Shown here piece by piece: positions 13,715-27,850 of a stretch of DNA of 64,000 nucleotides. The stretch comes from Octopus vulgaris. Its lineage: Eukaryota. Below the pieces are notes generated by a model, which was not told the origin of the DNA, did no database searches, and worked only from the letters and a program-made list of their open reading frames with translations. How positions within the stretch are numbered: position 1 is the first letter of the stretch; each line of letters begins with the position of its first letter. The position numbers were made by a program, and so were the translations under genes. The stretch lies in contig OX597815.1 in NCBI GenBank assembly GCA_951406725.2, positions 7,378,001-7,442,000 of the forward strand, given 5' to 3'.

Positions 13715-14060
13715 TAGAGTGTTCAGCCATATGTACGTTAATTTCACGAGCACACAGTCCCGTTGATCTGATCAACTAGAACCCTCGTCGCCGCAGACGA
13801 CGAAGTTCCATCATCAATCTATCTAGCTAACTATCTATCTGTCTATCTGTCTATCTATCTATCTAAACATATTTATATATATATATTAGCAGTATAACCC
13901 GGCTTTGCTCGGGATTAAGTTAGGATTATTAAGCTAATCAAACTCTTTATTTCAAAGCAAACTAAACAACATCGACGTCAAATAAACAAAAGACGAAGGC
14001 AGGTGGAGTACAAACAAACAATTGTATTAGTATGGCGCTCAGGAATAGAAATAGAACAAG

Positions 14061-14098
14061 TCTTTTACGTTTCGAGCCGACGCTCTTCGACAGAAAGA
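14061..14098 (-). ncRNA. Minimal hammerhead-like motif, A6U variant
   Basis: UCUUU-CUGUCGA-A-GAGC(GUCG)GCUC-GAA-ACGU-A-AAAGA within a repeat (13975-14175); a truncated relative lies at 380-440. Confidence 0.6.
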
Positions 14099-14172
14099 TA
14101 CACAGAAAAAAAAACACGGAGAGAAACAAGGAGAGAAAAAAATGCGTGCAGGAGCTAACGATTCAACATGGC

Positions 14173-14212
<40 letters not shown>

Positions 14213-14252
14213 CACACATATATATATAACAACACCGGCCTTTTCTTCTGTC

Positions 14253-14293
<41 letters not shown>

Positions 14294-14446
14294 ACTGAAC
14301 TAGTCTAAACCAGTTTACGGCTTAAAAGTCACACAACAAGAACTTTACCTATTTTTGTTTTTGTTTTATTTCCTAAACTTCGACAGTATTACAAGTTGGT
14401 GCTAGCATCTATTCATAGACGGCGCTGTCTCTTTATTATGCGTCTG

Positions 14447-14532
<86 letters not shown>

Positions 14533-15219
14533 GAGGGAGAGAGAGAACTATATATATATATATATACACATTCATGTGTGTGTGTGCATGTACATTAGTA
14601 CTGTGTATATATTCGCGTATGTGGGTGGAGACAGGCGGTAATATCTATAGAAAATCTTCTCCCACTCAGATTTGATTATATTTATATATGTATGTATATA
14701 TAAATATGTATATAATACATATATATATATATGTATGTATGTATATAATATATATATGTAGTTATGTGTGTATGTATATATGTATCTACGTATATATATA
14801 TTTATACATATACGTATGTATGTATATCTATATATGCATACATATATATATATATGTAAGCATATATAGACATAAATGTATATATGTATGCACGTGTGTA
14901 TGCGTATGTATTTTAACATTAATATAAATAAATATATACACATAACCAAATTCGCATTGATTATACGCATATTGTTTGCAGGGGTGGTTATATATTTTCT
15001 GTATTCAGTCGCTATTTTTCCGCGAGATCTAATAAAACGGATTGCTTTTTGTCCAAACAGCCTGTTGTTAATATGGCGACCGAGTGTTCAAAGTAACTTG
15101 AACAATGTTAATAAGAACCTATTGTATGCGTTTGATTTATTACTAACGGTCAGTGAACAACTTACAGCATCTGCTCTGTTTTCTGACCCAACCTCTCTCA
15201 CTGCTTTCAATAGGCACAG

Positions 15220-15655
<436 letters not shown>

Positions 15656-15778
15656 TAAAGGCTGCTTAGCAAGCTACCCTCAACTGTGATTTGTATACAT
15701 GTTTATCGATGTGTGTGTTTATCGTTTGTATGTCTACGTGTGTTGGGTGTACGTGTGAGAGCGTGTTTGTGTGAAGTG

Positions 15779-15809
<31 letters not shown>

Positions 15810-15877
15810 CCTAAATGATATAGATATGCAAATATAGTTATGTATTTAAAGATAACTATACGGATATATACTGTACT

Positions 15878-15953
15878 GATAGACAGACAAACAGACAGAG
15901 ATAGATAAACAGATAGATAGATAGATAGGTAGATAGATAGATAGATTGATAGG

Positions 15954-16035
<82 letters not shown>

Positions 16036-16045
16036 GACAGACAGT

Positions 16046-16097
<52 letters not shown>

Positions 16098-16105
16098 CAG
16101 ACAGT

Positions 16106-16198
<93 letters not shown>
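15878..16198. repeat. (GATA)n microsatellite
   Basis: Direct. Confidence 0.97.
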
Positions 16199-16199
<1 letters not shown>

Positions 16200-16749
16200 T
16201 ACCACACCTGTGTTACCGAAACAAAGGACTCTGCACGATCTATAAAACATACGTACTCTGGCCTCAACCGTTTACAACAACGTATGAACTTTTCAGTGAC
16301 AACAGCTACAATATGATTCATAAAAGATTATAAGAGACTAAATGAAAAGAGAATGGTTAAAAGTTAATAAGACAATCAAAGTTTGTGAAAATTAGATAAA
16401 ATTTATTAATTGAATTGCAGACAGTCTTGCGAAGTAAGAGACTGCCGTAATACGTATTTTATTTTATCCCTTGTGTGTCACAATTCTCGTTTTATGTTTT
16501 GGATATCAAAATCAACCTTTGACCTGCAGAAGAACTTAATAAACCAAACACACATGTTCATATGTTTCTATATTTCCTATAAGCAGTATGGAGCAGGCCT
16601 TAGTTTTAGAGTGAAGTGTGTTCTTATATTTCAATATTATTTTCTTGAAACTTTGCACCCCATGAAAGCAATCATTATACCAAACTTGACGATTCCGTAA
16701 TTAGTGCTCCCATATTGGCGATGAAATTCTAATTACCATACACTTTCTT

Positions 16750-19500
16750 TAATCTGTTTTTTCAAGGTCATCGGGGGTCTTTGGCTACGTCAACGTCATC
16801 GCTGGTCTTCCATTTTGAAGTTGACTATGAGAAATGTCTTGGGGTTTCTAGTCTCTTTCATATGAAAGATATGCTCCACTCAGGGAATGTAGGGCTGTGG
16901 CTATGACCCTTTATTTGACAGGGTCTCTGAGACTGGTGCAAGGAGGAGAGAAAATTATCTCCAATCTGAATACATGCAGCAGAGTGAACTCTGCTAAAAT
17001 CACCGAAGGTACCAGGTGATGATGCTAAATCAAGCAACTGCTTGAGTTTGCAATCAAAAATCTCAGTTTGCAGGTAACCCAGAAATGTTTCAATACACAC
17101 TAATATTATAGTTCCTCATCATCGCTGTTTGGTATCTTATCATTCCATGACATATTACATATTAAGCCCAGACATTTCATGTGATACGCAACTAAAGAGT
17201 TGAACTGATTCGTGTATAACGTTCAAATTTCAAATCTTTGTTTGAAGTGAAATATTATGATCTTTCCAGAAGCACTGGAATAAATGTCCAAAAATATGCT
17301 GGCTTTCTAAAGACGAGTGAATTTCGCTATCAATTCTAGCATTTGGGTTTACCGTAGAACAGAGATAGCAAATCGACCGACTGGTGGACTTCATCGGATT
17401 ATTATCGGTTTTTATGACAAGGTTCGATTATGGTGTATTTGGGCTAAGCTGACGAACAAGTCTACTTTTGTCATACTTAATTGTTCGACCAAAATATACT
17501 TTGCGTGCCTTTTGAAAGTCTACTTATAAGGTTTTGTATCTCTTCCGAAGAATACGCAACCAATGCACAGATACCGGCATATAGTAGCTCATGCATCGAT
17601 TTGAGCCCAGTTTCCGTCTTTGCATTGAGCCTTTTGCGGTTCACTAGATGCAAAGAAACATGGAAGAATGCCAGGAAATAAAGCAAGAAAAGGTCTTCAC
17701 AGTTGCGGAAGCTGAAGTCACAATTGCGCAATGTTAAAGAGATTTAAACTCAGACAAGATCATTTAAAAAATTATTTTCCTTACCCACAAGGGGCTAAAC
17801 ACAGAGGGGACAAACAAGGACAGACAAACGGATTAAGTCGATTACATCGACCCCAATGCGAAACTAGACATTCACACCACTCATGCAGTCACCAAAGAGA
17901 AGAAGAGAGTAAGTAATACAAAGCAAGAACAATTTTGGCTATTAGCCATCATATCATCATGAAACGAGCCTATGGTTTTCCTATTAGCCGGTGTATCCAC
18001 TTTTATATCCATGTTTCCTTAATTCCATACCGGAAACAATATATCAAAACAGTTTTGTCCTATATAAACCATGTAGAGTCCCTTATTACACTATCGAGTT
18101 TCCTTTTGAACTTGATTAAAATAAAAGTCGAATGGATCGAAAGCTGGATTGGAATTCAGGATAAATGAACTAAATATACGTCGATTCTACTAAAAATAAT
18201 ACGAGAAAGTATTTTTATAGAAGAGTAAGGAACTACTATGGAAGCATCATTATACTACAGAGGGACGGACCCACACTTCCAAATCACGCATACAGAGTTT
18301 GGTGAGCTTTTTCCTGAGCCCTCTACTGATCAGACGAGATGACTACTTTTGAGAAAGTATGTTAAACATAAAATATATGTCTCAGATTTGAAAGCTAATA
18401 ACGTCGTAAATAAGAGTCAAGGACGATAATCATTCATTGGTTGGTGATTAAAACCCATGTCGTGTATGTGATATTTATTTAAAGAAAAAAATAGGCCATT
18501 CGTTTCTTCTATAAATAAATATTAATGTGCATTAAATAAATATAACAGAGATAATAAGGAACGATGGGAGCATTGTCCTAAATGGCATGTGCGATTCTTT
18601 CACAGAACTAAGTGCCTTCTCGTTTCTTAGCAGTTACATCGAGAATGTTTCAATCAAAGTGAGATAAAAATGGTCCTGTTAAAGGGCCACAAACACCAGT
18701 GGTTTCAAAAGTAATTGGTTACAACATACAATCAGTAAATAACATTGACTATTCAGAAATTATTTGTTCTACCAATAAAATGGTATACCCCTCAAAACAG
18801 TACAATTAAGATTTGAGGCAACAGAATCCACCCCAGTGATACCCTAGTGTAGACAGTAGCCCCCTACTCCAAGAACCACAAAATTATTTAATCTTATCTT
18901 ACGCCAGCAATTCATAACAAAAAGACCTGTTTGATTTCAGAACAGATGGAGCACAGAGGCAAATGTCTACTTTATTATCTTGGTCTGCGACTGTCTCATG
19001 AATCTACCGGTGCTTAAGTAGCATCAATGTAATCTTAAACAATTCCTAGGTTTTCCACAATGACCCTTGTATAGAGGACAATGTATGAGCGTTCACTCTC
19101 AGTGACAAAACAATTCGTAATATATCACTATTTAGCACATTCCCAACGTTTGCAATTGGCTGGACATTGGTCAAGTAACCGAATGTTTTCACTGCTTGAC
19201 TCGTGTCCGATGACATCAGTTCCTTAACCAAAACGGCCAAGTTTAGATTTTATCAAACTAGCATCCCACTCTCGCTGCCATGTTTTATTTGAGCGTATCT
19301 CTGTATTCAGTTTCATCGACTTTGTTGAAGTCACCGTCATTTTCTTGAAGGAATTAGAATTCCTGTAAACGCTGCTGGAAGGGTGGTGCAGTTCACTAGA
19401 TGCAAAGAAACGTGGAAGAATAAAGCAAGAAAAGGTCTTCACAGTTGCGGAAGCCGAAGTCCCAATTGCGCAATGTTAAAGAGATTTAAACTCAGACAAG
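16750..19500 (-). mobile_element. Possible highly decayed DNA transposon remnants (Academ-like?)
   Basis: Weak peptide fragments only (NSLVAYHMKCL near 17170-17200, RVHS near 16985); no intact ORF; boundaries uncertain. Confidence 0.2.
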
Positions 19501-19516
19501 ATCATTAAAAAAAAAT

Positions 19517-19928
19517 TTTTTATTACCCACAAGGGGCTAAACACAGAGAGGACAAACAAGGGCAGACAAACGGATTAAGTCGATTATATCGACCCCAATG
19601 CTTAAATGGTACTTAATTTATCGACCCCGAAAGGATGAAAGGCAAAGTCGACCTCGGCGGAATTTGAACTCAGAACGTAACGGCAGACGAAATACCTATT
19701 TCTTTACTACCCACAAAGGGCTAAACACAGAGGAGACAAACAAGGACAGACAGACGGATTAAGTCGATTATATCGACACCAGTGCGTAACTGGTACTTAT
19801 TTAATCGACCCCGAAAGGATGAAAAGCAAAGTCGACCTCGGCGGAATTTGAACTCAGAACGTAACGGCAGACGAAATACGGCTACACATTTCGCCCGGCG
19901 TGCTAACGGTTCTGCCAGCTCGCCGCCT
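19517..19928 (-). mobile_element. SINE A dimer
   Basis: Same internal junction (GAAATACC|TATTTCTTT) at ~19697. Confidence 0.9.
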
Positions 19929-20491
19929 TTCAGCCAAGGTCGTTTGACAAATCAACATTAAACATTGTCTTTAATTTTTGTTTCACAAGCAAAGCAAAAC
20001 GACTCAAAAGATCGATAATGTCAAAGTAGAACTGTTTCTGAAAAGATAAATCAATTTTGGCTGGAGCAGACAGTTTTTTTTTGTTTTTTTTTGTGAAATA
20101 AAAATACTTGATATTGTTTTATGTCATCGATACTATTAAGTAAATATTGCATCTGTTTCGTGATAGTTGTTGGAAATATAAGGGTCAGTTAAAAATTGCG
20201 CTGACGAAGAACCAGCTTTGAAGTTGAGGGAGAAAATCGGTGGAAAGTGAAAGAGGAGAACGCCCGAACTTCTGTACAACATTTTATGTGCGCCGCAATC
20301 GTGGTTAATTACAAGAAATTCTCGTTTGACGTAACTCACCTTTAGTCTGAAGTAATGTTCTTCCTTCATAAGTTATGCAACAAAGTCCAGGTATTGAAAC
20401 CCCGCTGCTTGATGTGAGTCGGTTGCTGATTCAGGAACGTACTTTATAATATAACCCCCCCCCCCCATCTCTCTTTCTCTCTTTCTCTCTG

Positions 20492-20588
<97 letters not shown>

Positions 20589-20656
20589 GACCGCGTGTGT
20601 ACCGTTGGCGATTTTTTTCCTCCGTCTTCGCTTCTTTGGATCTTTCCTTTTCCTAT

Positions 20657-20691
20657 GCTTCTGACGAAGAGCTCCGCTCGAAACGTTGAAC
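20657..20691 (+). ncRNA. Minimal hammerhead ribozyme motif, canonical core
   Basis: CUGACGA-A-GAGC(UCC)GCUC-GAA-ACGU-U; weak stem I (GCUU/GAAC); inside a ~200-bp repeat (20587-20793) embedded in (TA)n. Confidence 0.6.
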
Positions 20692-20807
20692 CCTCCTTCT
20701 TTCTTTCCTTTCCTCAGCGTCCAATAATACTATACTTGTTTCACGTCCTCGCGTTGTTGTGTTTTCTCTTTGTGTTTTCATGTTTGGATTAACTATATAT
20801 ATATACA

Positions 20808-20936
<129 letters not shown>

Positions 20937-21150
20937 CACACATACTCACACACACACACATAATATACATGCATATACACACACATACACACATAAACGC
21001 GTAACTTCCTTTACATGGGAGAGAAGACGTACTCAATGCATAATGTAGTATGACTATATTATATTCGGCCAAATCGTTTGCCGTTACGTAAGTTACGCTT
21101 TTACTTAGTAACAGTACATACCCCACCTATGCTTGTATATTGGTATGTAA

Positions 21151-21261
21151 GGCGGCGAGTTGGCAGAAACGTTAGCACGCCGGGCGAAATGCGTAGCCGT
21201 ATTTCGTCTGCCGTTACGTTCTGAGTTCAAATTCCGCCGAGGTCCACTTTGCCTTTCATCC

Positions 21262-21263
<2 letters not shown>
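21151..21263 (+). mobile_element. SINE A 5' half ending in (TA)n
   Basis: Head matches consensus and stops at TTCATCCTTT. Confidence 0.85.
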
Positions 21264-21318
<55 letters not shown>

Positions 21319-21337
21319 ATGTATATATACATATATT

Positions 21338-21415
<78 letters not shown>

Positions 21416-21589
21416 TGTGTGTGTGTGTGTGTATAAAATATAAATTAGAGATAAAACCACTATTATGCAATTCAAACAGTGATAGACATAAACTAAAACA
21501 TAAATAACAAATAATATATATTTCTATAAAACATATAACTAGATCTCAAAAAGTATAAAAATGAATGATCAATATATAATAAGTAAAAA

Positions 21590-21689
21590 AACTACGTACG
21601 TTTCATGGCTACAATTAAATTCGAATTACAATTAAGTTTAAATTCAATTGAAATAAATTCGATTTAAAATTATAGTCAATCTTCAGGTT
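21590..21689 (-). ncRNA. Hammerhead motif with long stem II
   Basis: AAC-CUGAAGA-U-UGACUAUAAUU...AAUUGUAGCCA-U-GAA-ACGUACGU-A-GUU. Confidence 0.6.
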
Positions 21690-21760
21690 AATGATAATAG
21701 TTAAATAAATAAGAAAATAGAGTTAAACAATATCTATTTAAAAATAAATAAAATAATAAT

Positions 21761-21873
<113 letters not shown>

Positions 21874-21959
21874 ATATATATGTATATGCATATGTATATG
21901 TATATATGGGTGTGGATGTATATGTATATATGTGTGTGGATGTATATGTATATATGTGT

Positions 21960-22220
21960 GTGTGTGTTTGTCCCCGCACAATCGCTTGAAAACCGATGCT
22001 GGTGTGTTTATGTCCCCGTTAAATAGCGGTTCGGCAAAAGAGACCGATAGAATAAGTACGTACTAGGCTTACAAAGAATAAGTTCTGGGGTCGATTTGTT
22101 CGACTAAAGGTGGTGCCCCAGCATGGCTGCAATCCAATGACTCAAACAAATAAAAGAATAAAAGAATAAAGGCGATGCTCCAGCATGGCCGCAGTCAAAT
22201 GACTGAAACAAATAAAACAA
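21960..22220 (+). mobile_element. SINE B 3' portion with duplicated tail
   Basis: Matches the 3' half of 53516-53917; the CAGCATGGC..GACTGAAACA tail occurs twice. Confidence 0.8.
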
Positions 22221-22228
22221 TAAAAGAA

Positions 22229-22610
22229 CATACAAACATACATACATACATGCATACATGCATGCATAAATACATACATACATACATACATACATACATA
22301 CATACATACATACATGCATACATACATACATGCATATATACATACACACACACATACATACACACACACACATACATACATACATACATACATACATACA
22401 TACACACATACATACATACATACATACATACACACACACATACATACATACATACATACATACATACATACACACATACACACATACATACATACACACA
22501 CATACATACATACATACATACATACATGCATACATACATACATGCATACATACATACATGCATACATACATACATACATACATACATACATACATACATA
22601 CATACATAAT
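22229..22610. repeat. (CATA)n/(CA)n microsatellite
   Basis: Direct. Confidence 0.97.
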
Positions 22611-23150
22611 ACACGCACACACGCACATCCAAACTGCGATTCCTGGCTCTCCTTGGATACTCCATTCAATTTCTCTAATTTTTTTTTACCAGTTTTGTAA
22701 TTCTTTGCAAAAATTTCTTTTAGCCATTTCCTTTCTTTACAGAACTGATACCGTTTCTCTCGTTTATTTATTTAAGTCCAAACCTTTCCTCTGTGTAAAA
22801 ACATTTCACACCCAAAACATTTCCGCACACAACTCTCGCATCCTTCACATTCCTTTTGGCTTTCCAATAAAGAGTTTCGCTAATACCGTATTTATTAAAC
22901 AGTGTACCCCGCTGCATGTTCCGATTATGGCAAGAAATGCATGCTGTAATAGCACCGCAGTATTCGGAAACGCAGTATTCAAATACATAAATACATCTCA
23001 CATCACCAATCGATGTCTAGACGTTATATTAAATTTATAATTTTTCCGAAACACCTTACGGGGAAAAAAAAATCTATGAAAATCGATATAAATAAAGAAC
23101 GAAATAAATGAATTGGAAACAGTTTATGTTTTACGAGTTTATCGGCTTGC

Positions 23151-23181
<31 letters not shown>

Positions 23182-23548
23182 TAAAAAAAGAAAGATAGAA
23201 ATAGAAATTTTTTTTCCACTTTTTTTATATTGTAAAACAGTTATTTGTTTCGATTTTTCTTCGTTTTGTATTTGACCCTATGACAGCTGAGAATACTTTC
23301 AATTTGGTTCTGACTACTATCGCTCTCTTTATATTCACATCTGCACTCATTTTTATCTGCTCTCCATCTTCAAGAATCTCAAAAAAAAAATGATATCGAA
23401 TTTTTTTATTAATTAAGAATTCTTCGTTTGCTTCTTAGCTTCCTCTATTCTGTTGTGGCTATCATCCTCGTCGTCATATGCTGGTTGTTGCTCTAAATTT
23501 AAAGGACTCCATCATTGATGTCCACAATATACCTGTCAACCATTACCT

Positions 23549-23772
23549 ATTTCTTTATTACCCACAAGGGGCTAAACACAGAGGGGACAAACAAGGACAG
23601 ACATAGGTATTAAATCGATTACATCGACCCCAGTGCGTAACTGGTACTTAATTTATCGACCCCGAAAGGATGAAAGGCAAAGTCAACCTCGGCGGAATTT
23701 GAACTCACAACGTAACGCAGACGAAATACCGCTAAGCATTCGCCCGGCGTGCTAACGTTTCTGCCAGCTCGC
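23549..23772 (-). mobile_element. SINE A monomer
   Basis: Consensus match; TSD AACCATTACC on both sides. Confidence 0.9.
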
Positions 23773-24606
23773 AACCATTACCGTTGCCCATTCTAGGCAT
23801 CCCAGATGTAAATCAAGTTGAGGGATTTCTGCTCCGTCTCCTCGAAAATATTTCTGATTTGTGGAGTAACGAATTATATTTTTCTAAACTGCTCTCATAG
23901 TCCTGATTGTTGTTCATTCTCCAAAAATATTTTCAAGATGACATATATATTCATCCATAATACATTCCGGCAGATTCGAACATGAATATACTAATCGCCG
24001 TTGTATTTCGTCATTGAAAACTTCTTTCAGACGAAAATGAGTTCATAATATACTCGATTCATTAGCGTAAGAAGACTTTGGGACAGCCGGTGTTTCGACA
24101 TCGTTATGTCTCCTCATTCAAAGCTTTCTCAGACTATTGGATCTCAAGAGTTTGTGGCTCTTGTTTATAAATCCACTAAATTATTTGTTGATACGTTCTG
24201 ATATCTGCCAACCGATAATAAATCGGTATGTGCACACTGATTCACTTCACTCCTACAGTGGAATATATTTTCAGAATAACCCTGTTGTCTTTCCAGGTCA
24301 TAAGAACCATCTTTGTTGCTATCACGACTAAGACGCTTACCTCTTCCTACGACAATTGATGCGGCTATTTGAATATGACCCCGTCAAATGTGTGTATACG
24401 TCTACCTGAAGGACACAAATGGCCTTCAGGTAGAATTATACACACCCAAAGAAAATTTCCACACAAAACTTTTCCTACGCCATGAAGATGAGACGGAGGT
24501 CAAGTAACCTAAAAAGGTCTGTTGTCAGTAATTCAGAATGGAAAATGAGCCAAAACGTCAACATTAATATCAAACTCAAGTCGTGAATAAGGAATATGTG
24601 AAAGCA

Positions 24607-24965
24607 GTCCCACTGCGTGGCAACTTGGGCAAATGTCTTCTGCTATAGCCCCGGGCCGACCAATGCCTTGTGAGTGGATTTGGTAGACGGAAACTGAAAG
24701 AAGCCTGTCGTATATATGTATATATATATTAGTGTGTGTGTATATGTTTGTGTGTCTGTGTTTGTCCCCCTAGAATTGCTTGACAACCGATGCTGGTGTG
24801 TTTACGTCCCCGTCACTTAGCGGTTCGGCAAAATAGACCGATAGAATAAGTACTGGGCTTACAAAGAATAAGTCCCGGGGTCGATTTGCTCGACTAAAGG
24901 CGGTGCTCCAGCATGGCCGCAGTCAAATGACTGAAACAAGTAAAAGAGTAAAAGAGTAAAAGAGA
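24607..24965 (+). mobile_element. SINE B, 5'-truncated
   Basis: Matches 53560-53917; (TAAAAGAG)n tail. Confidence 0.88.
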
Positions 24966-25907
24966 GTCCACGTATCTCGGGTGAGTTTTTTTTTTTTTTT
25001 TTTCATATATAAGATTATCTTTACATTAGTTCCGAGTTCGAACACATACAAAGGTTATACACCCATCCAGGAATAAGGTACCTGATAACGATGGGAGATA
25101 AACCAACCGAAATATCGTGCCGATAGAAGTATTGGGTACGAGCAAGACTGTGCTATTAAGAGATTTGCTTACCAATCACAAATATCCAGGTTCGATCTGA
25201 CTGGGCGGTACAGTTTGCAAGTGGCTTCTATAATTGCATAGGGCCGGTACAAACCATGTGAGCCAAACTAGGTTTGTAGAAACTATACTGAAACCCGTTG
25301 GATGTCTGCACCTACCTTTGGCTAGTAGGTATAATCCATTCCTGTTTAACATCACCATGTAGTTGGTATTTTTTTTAGCTGAGGTCACTTTATGCAACCA
25401 TTTTCACCAGTTCACCCCTTGTCTATATCAAGATCACCTTATCTCACACTAGTGTCAAAGGCTCTACAAAAACGCCACGAGCACTTTCCTTTCATCACTG
25501 AGAAAGCTATACAAGAATAACTTTAGAAATACATTTTAAAAATGAAGTTAAGAACTCGGAAAAATATATTCTTATTAAGACAGGGAAAAAACCCACATGA
25601 TGTAAAAGATTAAACGACAACTACTGCAGACGTCATATGAGAGCGAGTGTGGCTTAGTAACATGTATCTTGTACCATGTTTTCATGAAACCGCGAATAGA
25701 AGTAGATGTCCTCTTGCTTTGCTGCAATCATGACTAAGAGCAGAAAAAAAAAGAGAGAAACCCGTTCAGTATGACTACTGAATAGAGAGTGGGTTACACC
25801 AGAGCTTCTCAAACTATCTCATGTGGTGTACTGGCTGTTTCTTTTTTCCAATGTGCCAGGGACCGGTAATATTTCTTAGTAATATTAATTTATACCGGAA
25901 ACAATAT

Positions 25908-26196
25908 AAACAATTGCAGCGTGGAAGGTGTTTATAAGCCATTTAAGAAACACACAAAAACCGTTAGATTCACTTCAACATTTAAATTTAATTTGCCAAA
26001 ATATTTTCGTCGCTTTGAGATGCGACCTGTTCATTGACAAAACTGTGATGCAGCACGAAGATTTGTCAGTGAACAGGCCGCGGTCTCAAAGCGACGAAAA
26101 TATTTTGGCAAATTAAATTTAAATGTTGAAGTGAATCTAACGGTTTTTGTGTGTTTCTTAAATGGCTTATAAACACCTTCCACGCTGCAATTGTTT
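25908..26196. mobile_element. Inverted-repeat Penelope-like terminal fragment
   Basis: Near-perfect ~135-bp arms around an ~18-bp spacer; each arm carries a hammerhead motif. Confidence 0.75.
26061..26113 (+). ncRNA. Type-I hammerhead motif, G3:C8 variant
   Basis: AUUUGUCA-GUGAACA-G-GCCGC(GGUCUCAAA)GCGAC-GAA-AAUAUU-U-UGGCAAAU: 8-bp stem I; mirror copy at 25991-26042 (-). Confidence 0.65.
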
Positions 26197-27057
26197 TCTT
26201 TCCAGCACACGATCTCAGACCAGATCACTCGCTATGCAAGTACATTTCCGTATATATATATATAATGAATATGATAAAAGTTGACAATTTTTTCTTTTAT
26301 CTTATATTTATTTTGTAAACAAATAATACAATATTACATAAGCATTTTATAATGTTTCTTTCTTTTCTGGAAACTTACCGCGTACCGGCAGCTGATGGTT
26401 CGCGGACCGGCACCGATCCGCGGACCACCACTTTGAGTAGCACTGTGTTATACTAACACTCAGCTGGCAATATTTCATCGGAGTTGACTGGAACAACAAG
26501 GAACAACATAAAAATACAGCGCTTTGAACACTACTCTACCTGGTTCAAGAATCGAACTCACGACCTTGTACCGCGAGCCCAGTATCCTAAACACTGTGTC
26601 ACGCCCACTTCATAGCGTAGTAGACGCTACAAAAGGGTATGGAGAAGAGAGGTTGTATTGATTTTCTACAGATGTGTAGAGTCTCAAATCTGTTGGATGG
26701 ATATGGAGTTGTTAAGTGTTGTCTCTGTGGTCGTCAGTAATTGATTGGTACATTATTTGATCGACCCCGGAAGGATGAAAGGCAATACTAATCTAAGTGG
26801 GATTTAAGCCGAGAAGGTAAAAAAAAGCCGTAAATAAATGCTGCGAGGCATTTTTGCCTAACGCCAGAACGATTCTGCCAATCCGCCCCCCCCCCCACCC
26901 GCCTACCCCCAACAAAAAAACAAAACAAAAGAAAAACAAAAAAAGACTTGTACTAAGAAGTTAAAAGCGGTGACATCGTAAGTTTCTGTTTCTCCAACTT
27001 TTCTCTATTACTGTCACTTTCCCCCCCCCCCATCACCGCCATTACCCCACAAGTGCT

Positions 27058-27058
27058 A

Positions 27059-27111
<53 letters not shown>

Positions 27112-27115
27112 CACC

Positions 27116-27146
<31 letters not shown>

Positions 27147-27178
27147 TTACTACTACTACTACTACTACCACCACCACC

Positions 27179-27246
<68 letters not shown>

Positions 27247-27259
27247 CACCACCACCACC

Positions 27260-27306
<47 letters not shown>

Positions 27307-27319
27307 CACCACCACCACC

Positions 27320-27384
<65 letters not shown>

Positions 27385-27403
27385 CACCACCACCACCACC
27401 ACC

Positions 27404-27459
<56 letters not shown>

Positions 27460-27472
27460 CACCACCACCACC

Positions 27473-27537
<65 letters not shown>

Positions 27538-27565
27538 TACTACCACCACCACCACCACCACCACA

Positions 27566-27651
<86 letters not shown>

Positions 27652-27678
27652 GGCTGCTGCGGCTGCTACTACTGCTGC
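27058..27678. repeat. Interleaved (ACT)n/(ACC)n/(GCT)n array
   Basis: Direct; alternating blocks with ~60-bp periodicity. Confidence 0.97.
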
Positions 27679-27850
27679 TAATCGGCGGCAACCACGATGT
27701 CAGGTCAACTGTCCTATTAAAACAGTTCAGTTGGAAAAAAAAGCCCCAGATTAGCTTTGATGTATAACAGCGAAAATATTTGTTGTTGTCCGTGTAAACA
27801 TACGACTTACAGGTGTGGTTGTTGATGCGAGAGGGGTGGCGTTATTATTG

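Larger units (their letters stand above)
25800..26445. mobile_element. hAT-type MITE interrupted by a palindromic insert
   Basis: TIRs CAGAGCTTCTCAAACT / ACTTTGAGTAGCACTG; 8-bp TSD-like GGTTACAC / TGTTATAC. Confidence 0.65.

Noticed and set aside
22700-23040. Cys-rich ORF as a zinc-finger exon or transposase piece
   Set aside because: No consistent motif spacing and no clear splice sites.
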